Positions 17,370 through 28,376 are shown, counted from the stretch's first letter. The stretch: DNA of 64,000 nt from a virus (IMGVR_UViG_2595698902_000001:160001-224000); one strand, 5' to 3'. The notes: generated by a model from the sequence alone, not told the origin. Program-made: numbers and translations.

Positions 17370-20300
17370 GATCGACTTTTCCAGTCTTGACTTTGAATTC
17401 ATCAGGAACGAGCCTATTTGGGGTTCGTTCCTTGAGGCTTTGCAGGAATTCTACACGGAACAAGTGCGGGAACCACTGTCGCAATTGCAGGAAATTCGCG
17501 ACCTGAAAGCGACCACGCCTTTAGTATTCGTAAAGCAGGCGCTTAACGACCTCGGGATTACCCTTCCGCCCGACATGATTGTCGATCCTGAGCGCCTGTA
17601 CAATTCGGTTTATATGCTGCCTTTGATGCACCAGCAATTAGGCCGGGAATCTGCATACAGAATGATTGCGTATATTCTCGGTCGCCGGGTGACTGTTTAC
17701 CCGCTATACACCGAGGATTATGCAACGTTTTATGAGGAACCGCTGGGCGCCCTGCGAATCGACGGCGGTACGTGGTACAAAACCACGCATATCAATCTGG
17801 AAATGCAGAAAGTTCCAGCCGACCAGAATATCAAACTCCCTACAGGCACAACGCTGAAAGATCGATTCTTGTCAGCGTTTTTTTCGTTGGCGCCAATCAA
17901 TCTGGTTATCGATCAATTCTTTTTCAGCATTGAAGTCGAAAACACAGAAGACCTCGGGCTTACCGGTGTGGTTTATCGCCAGCCGGTGCGCCGCCTGATT
18001 TGTGACGCTGATTACAGCCTAGACAACGCGGTATTTACGCTGGATGGACCGGACGAAGTTTATACCGGTTTTTCTGCATCGTATGTGCTGCGCGCAAAAG
18101 GCCAAGTGTTTGAATCGAATAGCTGGACTTCTACGCACCCCGGCAACGTTTCCATTAGCCAAGGGCACGCTACGTTCTCCGGTTTCACACAGGATACGCT
18201 GGTAACAATTAGCGCCACCATTCGCGGCCAGACTGTCACCAAAGACATTAACGTGCGTCTCGGTATGCAGGATATTCGCCGATTGGAAATTGTCGGCCCG
18301 GATGAAATCTCTAGCGAACAAACTGGTGATTACACGGTTATCGCGTACCACAGCGAAGGCGCCGATCAACTCACGGTAGACCTGAGCGTTTTGAGTCCGT
18401 ATGCGTATTTTGCGGGCGGTACGCTGCACACGCGCCATATGCGAGAAGATCAAACCGTAACGATTCACTGCAAAACCACAATCAACTCGATTCCGTATAC
18501 CGCTGCCAAGAAAGTAAAACTGAAATACATTGATCCTAATGTGCATTTGGTTGGCCTGACGGTTAGCGGTTCCGACCGGATGAAAGAAGGTACGCAACAT
18601 CAGCTGTACTCGACCGCGCATTTCTCTGACGGTTCGACTATGGATGTTTTGTCGCGTTGGGCCTCCAGTAGTCCTGCGGTAGTCGTGGAAAATGGATTGG
18701 CTTCGACAATGCTGGTGGCCGGGGAAACCAATGTAGAAATCACCGCTGAATTTGGTTTCCGCAATCTCGTTATGCGAGCCGATCATGCGGCGGTTGTTTA
18801 TCCTGAATTCGTGGGAGTCGCCGCACTCAACATTCTCGGCCCAGCCCGCGTAACAGAAAACACCAAAGCATCGTATACCTGCATGGCGGTAATGACAGAT
18901 GGTTCCAGCACGCTTGTAACGCCGGAATGGTTTACCAATCAGTTTTATATCACTGATACTGGCAACCTCCACGCGGGCCTGATCAACCAGCCGGAAATCG
19001 ATGCAGAAGTTCGCGCCAGTTATGGTGGGATTTATGCTGCTCTGCCTATCACAATTGCGCGTCCTGTAACCATGCTGGAATCCCTGATTATTCTCGGTTC
19101 CGATTCGATTAAAGAAGGCGACGTAAACCGGTACATTGCCTACGCACAATACACCGACGGACGTGTGCTGAAAATCGAACCAGAATGGAGCGTAACGCCC
19201 GAAACCGACTGGGCCACGATTATCAATGGTGAATTGATTATCGACAAACCAGAAGACGGCCTGATTAGCATCCAGATTACCTATGAGGAAGACGGGCAAA
19301 CTTACACGCAAAACAAAACGATTGTTTGTGTGAGCGCCACCAACTCTTTGACCGGTCTGATCATCACCGGGCCTAATTCGGTAAACGCGCTGGATCGGGT
19401 AATTCTCACGGCGACCGCTGTTTACGAGGACGGCAGCTTTGCCAGCGTTAACCCGAAATGGGAAGTTTACACGCTCGATGCAAACGCGGAATTTATTGCT
19501 GCGGATGTTGCTGGTTATGGTGTGGTGACGGGTCGTAACGTCGATTTCGATATGGACGTTATTGTGCGGGCCACATATTTCCGCGAAGTCGCGGAATATC
19601 CAATGACCGTTAAATACATTCCAACCCTCGGCCCTGATGTTCCGGTTAGCTCGCGTATCATTGGCAACGCGGTTATTTATTCGACGCAGGTTGCTTCTTT
19701 CTCGCAGGCTATCCTGTTTGAAAACTGCCCGAACGAGCTGCTTGTTTCTTCTGATTGGGCGGTCGATAACCCAAACATTACCGTGGATGAAAACGGGTTT
19801 GTTACATGCAAACTAAACGTTGATATGACGTTCACCATTACCGCGACGTGGAATTGCGGCGGGCGTATCGTTATTGATTCGATGGCGGTTACTGTTGTGC
19901 CAATCGATGCCGCCTATACCGGCCTTGGGATTCGCGGCCCCGACACAATACAAATCGGAGTAAAAGAACGCTATTCGGCGGAAGCCTACACGCCCGACAC
20001 CGGCAACGAAGAAGGCAAAGGTTTACCGATTACTCCGAACTGGGAAATCCTTTCCGATTCGCTGAATCTGGTTGTACTTGCGGATGGTTCGCTGCTGGTG
20101 CAAAACAGCGTAGTAAATCAGGTTATTACGCTGGCTGCGAATTTCACCTACGAAAACACGCTGGTTGAAGCGACAAAAACCATTCGTGTTCTCGGCTCCG
20201 GTCCTGTGTACTGTGTAGGCCAACCGGAAACGGTCGATTATGAATCGCTGTTCCCGCTAAGCCTGATGATTTCGGAATCTGCTTTCCGCGATGATGTGCA

Positions 20301-20520
20301 GGGATACGGGTACATGATGGTTCCGGCGGTGTTCGGCTACGTCACATTCTACGACGCAACGAATAATCAAATTTCGCCAGACTGGGCTGGGCCTGATGGT
20401 TCCAATACGCCAGCCGTGCATAAACACATGCAAAACGGTGTGGAAACTACATGGTACGTTTACCGAACCATTAGTGCCGACCTCGGCCAGCGTTCCTACC
20501 GCATTGCGTTTAACGTGTGA
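17362..20520 (+). CDS. Baseplate wedge (gp7/P2 I-like) protein with tandem Ig-like repeats
   Basis: Follows the gp6-like gene; repeated LxIxGPxxV...A.YxDGS...W modules. Confidence 0.7.
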   Translation: MNKIDFSSLDFEFIRNEPIWGSFLEALQEFYTEQVREPLSQLQEIRDLKATTPLVFVKQALNDLGITLPPDMIVDPERLYNSVYMLPLMHQQLGRESAYRMIAYILGRRVTVYPLYTEDYATFYEEPLGALRIDGGTWYKTTHINLEMQKVPADQNIKLPTGTTLKDRFLSAFFSLAPINLVIDQFFFSIEVENTEDLGLTGVVYRQPVRRLICDADYSLDNAVFTLDGPDEVYTGFSASYVLRAKGQVFESNSWTSTHPGNVSISQGHATFSGFTQDTLVTISATIRGQTVTKDINVRLGMQDIRRLEIVGPDEISSEQTGDYTVIAYHSEGADQLTVDLSVLSPYAYFAGGTLHTRHMREDQTVTIHCKTTINSIPYTAAKKVKLKYIDPNVHLVGLTVSGSDRMKEGTQHQLYSTAHFSDGSTMDVLSRWASSSPAVVVENGLASTMLVAGETNVEITAEFGFRNLVMRADHAAVVYPEFVGVAALNILGPARVTENTKASYTCMAVMTDGSSTLVTPEWFTNQFYITDTGNLHAGLINQPEIDAEVRASYGGIYAALPITIARPVTMLESLIILGSDSIKEGDVNRYIAYAQYTDGRVLKIEPEWSVTPETDWATIINGELIIDKPEDGLISIQITYEEDGQTYTQNKTIVCVSATNSLTGLIITGPNSVNALDRVILTATAVYEDGSFASVNPKWEVYTLDANAEFIAADVAGYGVVTGRNVDFDMDVIVRATYFREVAEYPMTVKYIPTLGPDVPVSSRIIGNAVIYSTQVASFSQAILFENCPNELLVSSDWAVDNPNITVDENGFVTCKLNVDMTFTITATWNCGGRIVIDSMAVTVVPIDAAYTGLGIRGPDTIQIGVKERYSAEAYTPDTGNEEGKGLPITPNWEILSDSLNLVVLADGSLLVQNSVVNQVITLAANFTYENTLVEATKTIRVLGSGPVYCVGQPETVDYESLFPLSLMISESAFRDDVQGYGYMMVPAVFGYVTFYDATNNQISPDWAGPDGSNTPAVHKHMQNGVETTWYVYRTISADLGQRSYRIAFNV

Positions 20521-20527
20521 GAAATCT

Positions 20528-22051
20528 ATGATTGCACTGACTCCAAACCTGCGGTTAATTAAACCGCTTTCGCGTTATATGGAGCTGCGCATTCGGATGT
20601 ACGGGCGACAAAGGATCGCCCGTTCTTTCGAGTCAAATCGCTCTAATCAATCCTCCGTTGTTTTACCGTTTACTCCGTATAGCCCTGATAAAGTCGAGGT
20701 TTACCTTGATGAAGTGCGCATGGTGGGAGGCTATACGATTGCAGGAAAAACCGTAACGTTTACGCCAACTGTTAGTGGTAAACTGCTGTTTATCGAAGAC
20801 GACGATTTTCCCAACATGAATGACAAATGGCTGGTTATTCCTACGCCGTCGCTTTTGCATTCTGACGACACAAAGGAAGCTGGTTACGGCACCGACCGCC
20901 GCACCGGCCCGCTCATTGCAACCAAAGCAAAACCTATCTGCATTACCCAAGGCGTATTAGGTTTTTGTCGCCCCAGTGCAGACGGTGATCAACTGCTATA
21001 CTGCCCGTACTACGGTATTTACGGACGCGATTCGATTACCTACGCAATCAAATCGGATTTGGGCCAACTCTCCGACTACCGCTGTATTGATATTCGCGTG
21101 CGTGACCCGAACTATATTCCGACCGTGCGTTTGTGTGCCCTGAGTATGACCTCATCGCCTGTGAAATCAGACGGTGTGGTTTACGACATTACCCCGGATG
21201 GTTTTTGGCAGATTTATGGGGAAATCCGTACCGGCGCCAACATCCAATTGCCTAACATCGTTAACGAAACTCTGCGCGAATTCCATTTCGTTATTCAAGG
21301 TGCGGATGAAAATGGCGATTGGTTTGAATTGTCTGAATATTTCGATCCAGAAGATTACAATCTAAACGTTATTGGCGCCATTGGTACGACCGTAACCTAC
21401 GTGGGACCGGCAGACGCATACGGCCACCCTAACGCGGTGCTGATTTCGTTAATGTGCGATTTGAAAGGATCGCAGGCCACAGTAAACCTGACCATTAATG
21501 GAAATCAATCGCTATTCAGTGGGCGTATTTATAGCAATGGTGTTACTGCGCTGGATACGTTGAAGCCTGTTATTGAAAACGAAAGCGTTTCGCTTAATCC
21601 GGGCGTGGCTGAGCCTGATCAAGTGCTTTCGTGGGCGTATAATCCAACGTGGATTTCTGAGAATGGGATTAGCCTCGGTACGACGTGGACAAACTCCGTA
21701 AACGAAACGCGAAATGCAGCAGCCACCATTGCAGCCGATGTTTCGCTGCCTGTGCTTTATGATCCAGTTGCAAAAGCAGATAAAACGTTTACGTTTGCTG
21801 TTAACGGAACGCATAACGGTTCGTTTACTACCGCAGAAGACCCGTCAGAAAACGTCGTGGTTATGCCAGAAAACTTTACCGTTACGACCGGCGATGACAA
21901 GTATTACTGGCAGAATTCCGATCCGTTTAGTGCAGTGTATTCCGGCGTTAAAGAATTCCCGGTTGCATTCAATTGGGATATCTCTCCATACGTTCCGCCA
22001 CCGCCGGAACCCGAGCCGGAACCGGAACCAACACCGCCTGAAAACCCATAG
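20528..22051 (+). CDS. Virion structural protein with Pro/Glu tail
   Basis: Start placed at MIALTPNL; beta-rich; ends PPPPEPEPEPEPTPPENP. Confidence 0.7.
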   Translation: MIALTPNLRLIKPLSRYMELRIRMYGRQRIARSFESNRSNQSSVVLPFTPYSPDKVEVYLDEVRMVGGYTIAGKTVTFTPTVSGKLLFIEDDDFPNMNDKWLVIPTPSLLHSDDTKEAGYGTDRRTGPLIATKAKPICITQGVLGFCRPSADGDQLLYCPYYGIYGRDSITYAIKSDLGQLSDYRCIDIRVRDPNYIPTVRLCALSMTSSPVKSDGVVYDITPDGFWQIYGEIRTGANIQLPNIVNETLREFHFVIQGADENGDWFELSEYFDPEDYNLNVIGAIGTTVTYVGPADAYGHPNAVLISLMCDLKGSQATVNLTINGNQSLFSGRIYSNGVTALDTLKPVIENESVSLNPGVAEPDQVLSWAYNPTWISENGISLGTTWTNSVNETRNAAATIAADVSLPVLYDPVAKADKTFTFAVNGTHNGSFTTAEDPSENVVVMPENFTVTTGDDKYYWQNSDPFSAVYSGVKEFPVAFNWDISPYVPPPPEPEPEPEPTPPENP

Positions 22052-22083
22052 AAATAGTTTAAAAGCCTTAATTTAACCCTAAC

Positions 22084-22114
22084 AAAGCCCACTTAATTGC
22101 GGGCTTTCCTATTT
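22084..22114 (+). terminator. Intergenic hairpin
   Basis: AAAGCCC-ACTTAATTGC-GGGCTTT. Confidence 0.5.
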
Positions 22115-22130
22115 CTAGGGAGACTCAAAA

Positions 22131-22355
22131 ATGCGTGATATCGTCAATCCCCTCCAGCTGCTGGAACAGATCGCCACGGCCTCCGCTGCCGAAAAAGCTG
22201 AGCAGGCAGAAACTTTGGCTACCGCGTCCGCACTGACCAACATGAATCCCTCCATTTGCCCTAAGTGCGGCGTGACAATGGGTAAGGCATTTTTGTTTGA
22301 TCGTACCCAAGTTTTCTACTGCGACGTTGATCGCGTAACGCAGCCAATGGAATAA
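22131..22355 (+). CDS. Small Zn-ribbon-like protein with two (I/L)ATASA motifs
   Basis: RBS GGGAGA; CPKC...YCDVD; IATASA and LATASA. Confidence 0.75.
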   Translation: MRDIVNPLQLLEQIATASAAEKAEQAETLATASALTNMNPSICPKCGVTMGKAFLFDRTQVFYCDVDRVTQPME

Positions 22356-22359
22356 CAAA

Positions 22360-24669
22360 ATGGCCGATAAACTGGTTTTACTTGATGCCGGGGAAGCGGC
22401 CTTGCTCAATGCGAGCATTGGCGGCATTCTCATTAAACCGGAATCTTTCCGCGTTGGTGACTCCGGTGCATATGCTTCAAATACCCAGCACACTGATATC
22501 GTCGGCAACTTCGTTTGTGGTGGTGATATTCACCACGTCGAAACCCTGAGTTCTCGCGTTGCGCGTTTTGTTTTGTCGTTTGATACGCGCCTGATTACCC
22601 AGCCGACAACCATTCGCGAAGTTGTGGTTTTCTTTGAGGGCAGGATTGCGTTCGGTCGTGCTGTTTTTGCGCAACCGTTTATTCTGATGCCGAATGAGCC
22701 AACCCGCCTTTCCGTTGTGCTGGCTACCACTCGCGCAGATTTGACGCTGATTGACGTTAGCGTGGGCGAGCATGATTCGATTCCTGCTACGCCTTTCCTG
22801 TATCAATTGCCGTCTCCGGGCAATTCTGAGTTCAACGCTATTTCCGTTTTGAACGGTAAGCGTAACCCGGATGGCACCAGTTCCCCAGTGCTCGCGCAGC
22901 GTTACGGCACCGGTAGTTTCCAGTGGGGTTTTACCGACCATTCCCGTGTGTTCAATGGCCGACCAACTTCGGCCACTTCAACCACGTTTAAAATCAGCAC
23001 TTCGGTTTCTTTTGCTGCTGATGAACAGGTAATTGTCCACGTTGTTTCCGGTAGCGGTGAAGGGCAAACCAGACGCTACCGCTACAACGCTGGCGCACAG
23101 GAGTTCCGCGACCCTGATTCTAAACCGCTTCCCAATCTGGCAGCTTCCACAATTGTTATTTGGAAATTGCTGGCAGGTGCTACTAGCGGTTCTGGTGGTG
23201 GCGGAAATCTGGAAATTCCACCGACTACCGAAATCCCACCTGATTGGGTACTGACTCCGGGCGCAGATGGTTCACTGGTGTGGCAACCGCCAAAAGCTGC
23301 AAGTCGGATTATTTCAACATTGTTTACTGAGCCTTCGCGGCTGGAAGTAAACGCGCTGGCGCTTATGGGCACTGGTGATGAATCGCGCTACAGCACGGGC
23401 GAATTGGTGCCGGAAAACGCCAACTATGTTTATCCGGCTGTTGGTCTGGTGACGCAGCACCGTTCGGCTTTCCAGCTGTCTGCATCGGAAATTGAATTTG
23501 CGGAAAACATTCCGTCAAACGTGAGTATCGATCTGCGGGTTTTCACTAAATCGCCGAGCACCGGTACACGCGCAATTTTCACCACGCTGGAATTCATTAG
23601 CGACGGCTCCAAAGTAGAATTCGATTTAGGGCAAACCGTAGAAACCCAAGCGCATGTATTTGCCTTTGTGGAGTCCACGCTGCAACCGTCGTCTACCTAC
23701 ACAATCGACAACGTGACGAAAAAGATTCGATTTAACAGTCCGTATGAGCCGGGTGTAAATATCGAATTGAAGCTGCTGTCGTATGTGTCGGAAACTGGCT
23801 ACAGCACGCGAATTGTCACGCGCACTTACGTTACCAAAGGTGATACGTTCTTCCTCAAACTGCCGACCACTCCGCAGTCCATTGAGCAGGTATTTGTTAG
23901 CCAGTCCGGTGCGCATATTCACCAGAAAAACTATTCGCTGATTGACGACGCACTGGTATTCACTGACAGTCTGGAACCCGACGTAGAAGTCGAGGTGATG
24001 ATTTTCGAGAATATTCAGGCGCAGGGATCGGAACAAACCGGCCTGAACGGCATTGTTGTGGACGGTTATGTTTCCAACCAAACGTTTACCCTGCTGCGCC
24101 ACGGTGCGCCGCCAATTGATTTGCCAATTCCACCGCCTGCAATTTCTGTAGGCGATGGTTTGAGTGTGGACACGTCGAGCGGTGTGGCACACATTTCCAT
24201 TCGTGAAGACGCTTTCCCGGCACAACGGGCAGTGCGTCGCTGGGAAGCGAATCAATCGTTTAAATCGCCTGACGGTCTAATTACTCAGACGATTACTTTG
24301 ACGCCGAACAAACCGTCGATTTACATGGTGGTTGCAGATTTCAGTGTGCGCCTCGGTCCCGGTTACATGAGCGCGGAAGGTACGGAAAATATCGAATATG
24401 TTGTAGGCGTTCGATCCGCACAATCCACCGAGCCTGCTTTCGGTCGGCAAATTCGCGGTACTGGTCAAGCTGGTTTGATTTCTAACGATTCGTCGGGCGG
24501 CATGGCATACGCCAACGCTTCCATGACGCAGACTTACGAAATCGACCCGGTAAACCACAACACCGAGACGATTGATATCGTGGCAAAAGTGCGCGTGAAT
24601 AACGCCAACACTTCTCAGTTTAGCGTGATGGTTAACGTCAACCTGAATATTCTGGAAATCCCGGTGTAA
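22360..24669 (+). CDS. Tail fibre / baseplate-attached structural protein
   Basis: The N-terminus (LLDAGEAAL...FRVGD) resembles tail-fibre attachment domains; internal beta repeats. Confidence 0.65.
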   Translation: MADKLVLLDAGEAALLNASIGGILIKPESFRVGDSGAYASNTQHTDIVGNFVCGGDIHHVETLSSRVARFVLSFDTRLITQPTTIREVVVFFEGRIAFGRAVFAQPFILMPNEPTRLSVVLATTRADLTLIDVSVGEHDSIPATPFLYQLPSPGNSEFNAISVLNGKRNPDGTSSPVLAQRYGTGSFQWGFTDHSRVFNGRPTSATSTTFKISTSVSFAADEQVIVHVVSGSGEGQTRRYRYNAGAQEFRDPDSKPLPNLAASTIVIWKLLAGATSGSGGGGNLEIPPTTEIPPDWVLTPGADGSLVWQPPKAASRIISTLFTEPSRLEVNALALMGTGDESRYSTGELVPENANYVYPAVGLVTQHRSAFQLSASEIEFAENIPSNVSIDLRVFTKSPSTGTRAIFTTLEFISDGSKVEFDLGQTVETQAHVFAFVESTLQPSSTYTIDNVTKKIRFNSPYEPGVNIELKLLSYVSETGYSTRIVTRTYVTKGDTFFLKLPTTPQSIEQVFVSQSGAHIHQKNYSLIDDALVFTDSLEPDVEVEVMIFENIQAQGSEQTGLNGIVVDGYVSNQTFTLLRHGAPPIDLPIPPPAISVGDGLSVDTSSGVAHISIREDAFPAQRAVRRWEANQSFKSPDGLITQTITLTPNKPSIYMVVADFSVRLGPGYMSAEGTENIEYVVGVRSAQSTEPAFGRQIRGTGQAGLISNDSSGGMAYANASMTQTYEIDPVNHNTETIDIVAKVRVNNANTSQFSVMVNVNLNILEIPV

Positions 24670-24673
24670 GCTT

Positions 24674-25087
24674 ATGAAATATTGGTACGTCGATGGTAGC
24701 CTACGCAAAGGCGATTGGGTGCAGGGTGCAATTGAAATCAGTGCAGCGCAATTTGATTTCTACTCTGCGAATCTTGATACGTTGATGTTGTTTGTGCGGA
24801 ATGGCCGCGTGGTTCACCAAATCGACATGGCTGCTTATCGACGTGCCGCCCTAGCCAAGCTTGAAAACAAAAACTTTGTCGTTGTGGACGGAACGAAATA
24901 CTTTGACGACGAGTTGGGTTATTTGAGCGAAAACTACATCGTTCGATCAGGCGGTCCGTGCCGAATCAGTAAGGAAAAAATGATTGCGCTGGTGACAGAA
25001 AGGAATCGCATTTACACAATGCGCCGTTCTGGAATTCAGACTGCTAGAACACCAGAGGAAGTGGACGAATTATGTCAAATGAATTAA
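24674..25087 (+). CDS. Putative tail fibre assembly chaperone
   Basis: GAIEISAAQF near the N-terminus and IQTARTPEEVD at the C-terminus; lies after a fibre gene. Confidence 0.5.
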   Translation: MKYWYVDGSLRKGDWVQGAIEISAAQFDFYSANLDTLMLFVRNGRVVHQIDMAAYRRAALAKLENKNFVVVDGTKYFDDELGYLSENYIVRSGGPCRISKEKMIALVTERNRIYTMRRSGIQTARTPEEVDELCQMN

Positions 25088-25873
25088 CAATTGCCGTCTT
25101 AGACAACAAGTCGGTGACTGTACCCATTGGCGTGACAGTCCTGACAAACAAAAAGAGTCAAAATAGCCTGAAAGTGCAAGACGGCCATGACCGGTGAAAA
25201 GGTTGTGGCTTTGCCTTTCACCAGCATTGACGCGCCGGGCTATGAAGGCGAACAGGCATTCCGCGATAACAGCAGCCAAGTTTATTTTGGAACGCCTGTA
25301 GACCGCCGAGCGCTGCGCACCGTTGAGGCTGTTTTTAACGATGAAACCGGCGTACTGACTTTCTATCGGCAGAACGGGAAAAGTTACGAAATCACTTCGC
25401 TAATGCGGCAGATTGATTTCGGTATCGGTCCCACTGGGCCGCGTGGTGATCCGGGGCGTCCGGGGCGTGATGCCGAAGATGGAAAAGATGGAAAAGATGG
25501 GCAAGCAGGCTGCGCAGGTCCACGCGGGCCAGAAGGGCGCCCCGGTCCTATGGGTGATCCCGGTATTGAAGGCGAAGTAGGTGCGCCCGGTCCATACGGT
25601 CCGCTAGGTCCAACCGGACCGCGTGGTGATATTGGTTTTGCTGGTCCTCCCGGTTTTGAAGGTAAGCGCGGATTGTGTGGTTTTTCTTGCCCCACAACTT
25701 CACGCGGACCGTGTGGGCCACAAGGCAATACCATGAACAAAAACGTTGCGATTGGACCGTATCCAACGCACCTCGATTTGATTTGGGCGGCAGCAGAGGA
25801 TTGTTTGTGTCCGGTTTATCCGAACGAATATGATCTGACTCCTATTACCAATAACCCGGCTGTGTTCCAGTGA
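25072..25873 (+). CDS. Collagen-like fibre protein 1 (apparent frameshift near 25183; downstream ORF is 25187-25873)
   Basis: Gly-X-Y run and Cys-rich end. A 41-aa ORF from ATG 25072 (RBS GAGG) joins in frame if one base is removed. Confidence 0.75.
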
Positions 25874-25883
25874 GAAATGAACC

Positions 25884-28376
25884 ATGACAAATTGCAGCAC
25901 TTTGCCGGTTATTGTTAACACGCCGCTAGAGCCGCAAAAGATTGTAGCGCAGTGCGATAACTGGATTACTTTGTGTGGCAAAGGCAAGCATAAAATTTCC
26001 TACTTCCTCGGCCAGCTAAACGGCCCGGTGACAATCTGGTACGACCGTGAAAGTCTCGAAGACGAAATTTACGTCTATCAGAATGGGGAGGTTATTGCTG
26101 CTGCACCGTTAAAAGATCAGAAAGGTTCGATGACCTTCGATTATGCTCCAGTGCATGATGGTCCGGGCGGTGACGAGATTGTTTTAACGCACGAAGGCAT
26201 GACCAAAACCTCGCGTGTGCATATTCACCTGCTTTGTCCGGTTGATCCGTGCTTGCCGGAATTCGCGGCAAAACCGGAACCGATTGATACCGTTACGCCA
26301 TGCGGTCGCGCTTGGCACCAGTCTGGATACGTGCGTAAAAACACATTCGATTTAGGTGACAAGCCGGGGCGTGTGGATGTTATTTGGAGCGTGGTTGGTT
26401 CGTCGCTGGTGGTTATTTATCAGGACAACCAACCGCTGTTGACAATGGAGCCTGATCGAGAAGGGTTTTTCCAGTTCGATTATGATCCAGAAAAAGGCGA
26501 AGTTTACGCAATCACACAGGGCATCGGTTCTGTCGATTATGTGTTTACCTGTCCGTATCTGGAAGAGACTCCAGAAGAGGAAGTTTTCCGCTTCGCGTGT
26601 GGTGCTGCCGATTACTACGTCTTCAACGCGCCGCAATTAACGCAAGTAGATTTTCCTGTAATGGAAGGCACCATTGAATTCAGTGCGTCCGTGGTTGAAA
26701 CTGCGCAGCTGGTTTTCTCGCAAAACAACGTGCCGTTTTACGTGGTGTCCGGGCATACCGGCGTTGTGGATTTCACCTTTGATTACATGCCCGACAAAGG
26801 CAAAATCACAATCAACACGCAGGGTTACGGTGAAATCAAAGTAAAGGCGAAATGTCCTTATACGGCGCCCGATCCAATTCCAGAAGAGCTGGATGCGGAT
26901 TGCGGTTCGACGCTAAACACTTACCCCGGTTTCAGTAATATTCGCCTCGATTTGAAAGGCATTAGCGGTGACGCGTTGCTTGACCTAGTGCTGACTGATA
27001 CGACGGTCGGCGTGGTGCATACTGGCACGCAATTAATCACGAAATCCGGTACGTACCCAATCGTTTACGACAAAACGGTGCCGCTGATTTTGCAGGCACG
27101 CGGAAACGATTTCCAAATGCGGATTAGTTGCCCAGTCAGAAAGCCGATTGAGGCCACGCTTGATTGCGGCGTAATTCGCAACTTTGATTCACTGGCAAAT
27201 ATCACGGTGCGCTACGGTTCAACGCCGGGTAATACCACGATTACGACTAGCCAAGACGTGACAGTTTATCGCGACGGTGTGCTGGTTGGTTTTGGTCGCA
27301 ACGTGACGTTTTTCTATCCGGGTTCTGGTGTAGTTCTAGTCAAGTGTGATGTGCTGGATGAATACCTGACAATTAGCGCAACTTGCCCGTCTGTTCAGCA
27401 AATCCATTGCGGCGATCCAATCAAGCAATTCAACGCGGGCGATGTTGTGGACGTAGTTTTCAATACGCCTGCAATTACCGGCCATGTCGCGGTCACTGTA
27501 GAAATCACAGGAAATACAACTGTCGATTTCCGCCTCGGTAACAACGTGGTGAAAACAGTTACACAAACTGAAACGTTTGAAGCGATCTGGAATACCGCTT
27601 CTGCCCTACGCGTAGTCTCGCGTGGTACTGGTCAATTCAAGCTATCGATTGGTTGTGCGCGACCGATTTATATCGTTAACGACGTGGTGAAAACAGAAAA
27701 GGTAAACTGCCAACCGGGTGAAACCGCCGGAGGCTTACCGAACGGAGATACTTTCGTTACTGCAACGTGGCACGAAATTACATGGTCGGACGGTCGTGTA
27801 GAAGTGACGCCGAAAACTTACGATGGGGTGTGCAAACCCGTGGCAGAAATCCCAATTCCACCTGCGCGTTGGGGCGTTGCAATGTTTGCAAACCGTTTGT
27901 TTACTGGCGGTCCAATTGCAGCGGAAATTACCGAGGAAGAAGCCGCATATGGCGTGGTCGCAAACCCAAGCCCGAGCGGAAAGAATTACCAGCACTGGAC
28001 GGGAATTCAGCAATTCTGCGATCAGGTAATGACGCATGAGTTTTCGCCGACTACCGCTGTCGCTGCGCAGATTGAAACCACGATTACCGTGGATGATTTC
28101 CTGTATGTCATGTGGGATAAACGTGCTGCTCAGGCAATCCACATTATCAACCTCGGCAACAGTTTTGAAGTAACATTTGACGGCATTTTGTGGCGTAACG
28201 ATTTGCTTGGCAACTATTCGGGAATGCCTGAATACGATCCTAATCTGCCGAAATATCTGACCGTTCAGTATGACGACGGTACAGGTCTGCGTGATTGGGT
28301 TATTGTTCGTCAAGAAACCACGACGCTGCCGCAATTCAGTCCGCGTACCGACAAATACGCGATTAAATACGTGTGA
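25884..28376 (+). CDS. Cys-rich repetitive virion protein
   Basis: Repeated beta modules each flanked by CG...CP; the C-terminal domain resembles that of 17362-20520. Confidence 0.75.
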   Translation: MTNCSTLPVIVNTPLEPQKIVAQCDNWITLCGKGKHKISYFLGQLNGPVTIWYDRESLEDEIYVYQNGEVIAAAPLKDQKGSMTFDYAPVHDGPGGDEIVLTHEGMTKTSRVHIHLLCPVDPCLPEFAAKPEPIDTVTPCGRAWHQSGYVRKNTFDLGDKPGRVDVIWSVVGSSLVVIYQDNQPLLTMEPDREGFFQFDYDPEKGEVYAITQGIGSVDYVFTCPYLEETPEEEVFRFACGAADYYVFNAPQLTQVDFPVMEGTIEFSASVVETAQLVFSQNNVPFYVVSGHTGVVDFTFDYMPDKGKITINTQGYGEIKVKAKCPYTAPDPIPEELDADCGSTLNTYPGFSNIRLDLKGISGDALLDLVLTDTTVGVVHTGTQLITKSGTYPIVYDKTVPLILQARGNDFQMRISCPVRKPIEATLDCGVIRNFDSLANITVRYGSTPGNTTITTSQDVTVYRDGVLVGFGRNVTFFYPGSGVVLVKCDVLDEYLTISATCPSVQQIHCGDPIKQFNAGDVVDVVFNTPAITGHVAVTVEITGNTTVDFRLGNNVVKTVTQTETFEAIWNTASALRVVSRGTGQFKLSIGCARPIYIVNDVVKTEKVNCQPGETAGGLPNGDTFVTATWHEITWSDGRVEVTPKTYDGVCKPVAEIPIPPARWGVAMFANRLFTGGPIAAEITEEEAAYGVVANPSPSGKNYQHWTGIQQFCDQVMTHEFSPTTAVAAQIETTITVDDFLYVMWDKRAAQAIHIINLGNSFEVTFDGILWRNDLLGNYSGMPEYDPNLPKYLTVQYDDGTGLRDWVIVRQETTTLPQFSPRTDKYAIKYV

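Noticed and set aside
961-25197. Programmed ribosomal frameshifting as the primary explanation of the three frame breaks
   Set aside because: No canonical X XXY YYZ slippery site was seen at the inferred positions, directions are mixed, and each is fixed by one base in a short run, so sequencing error is more parsimonious.
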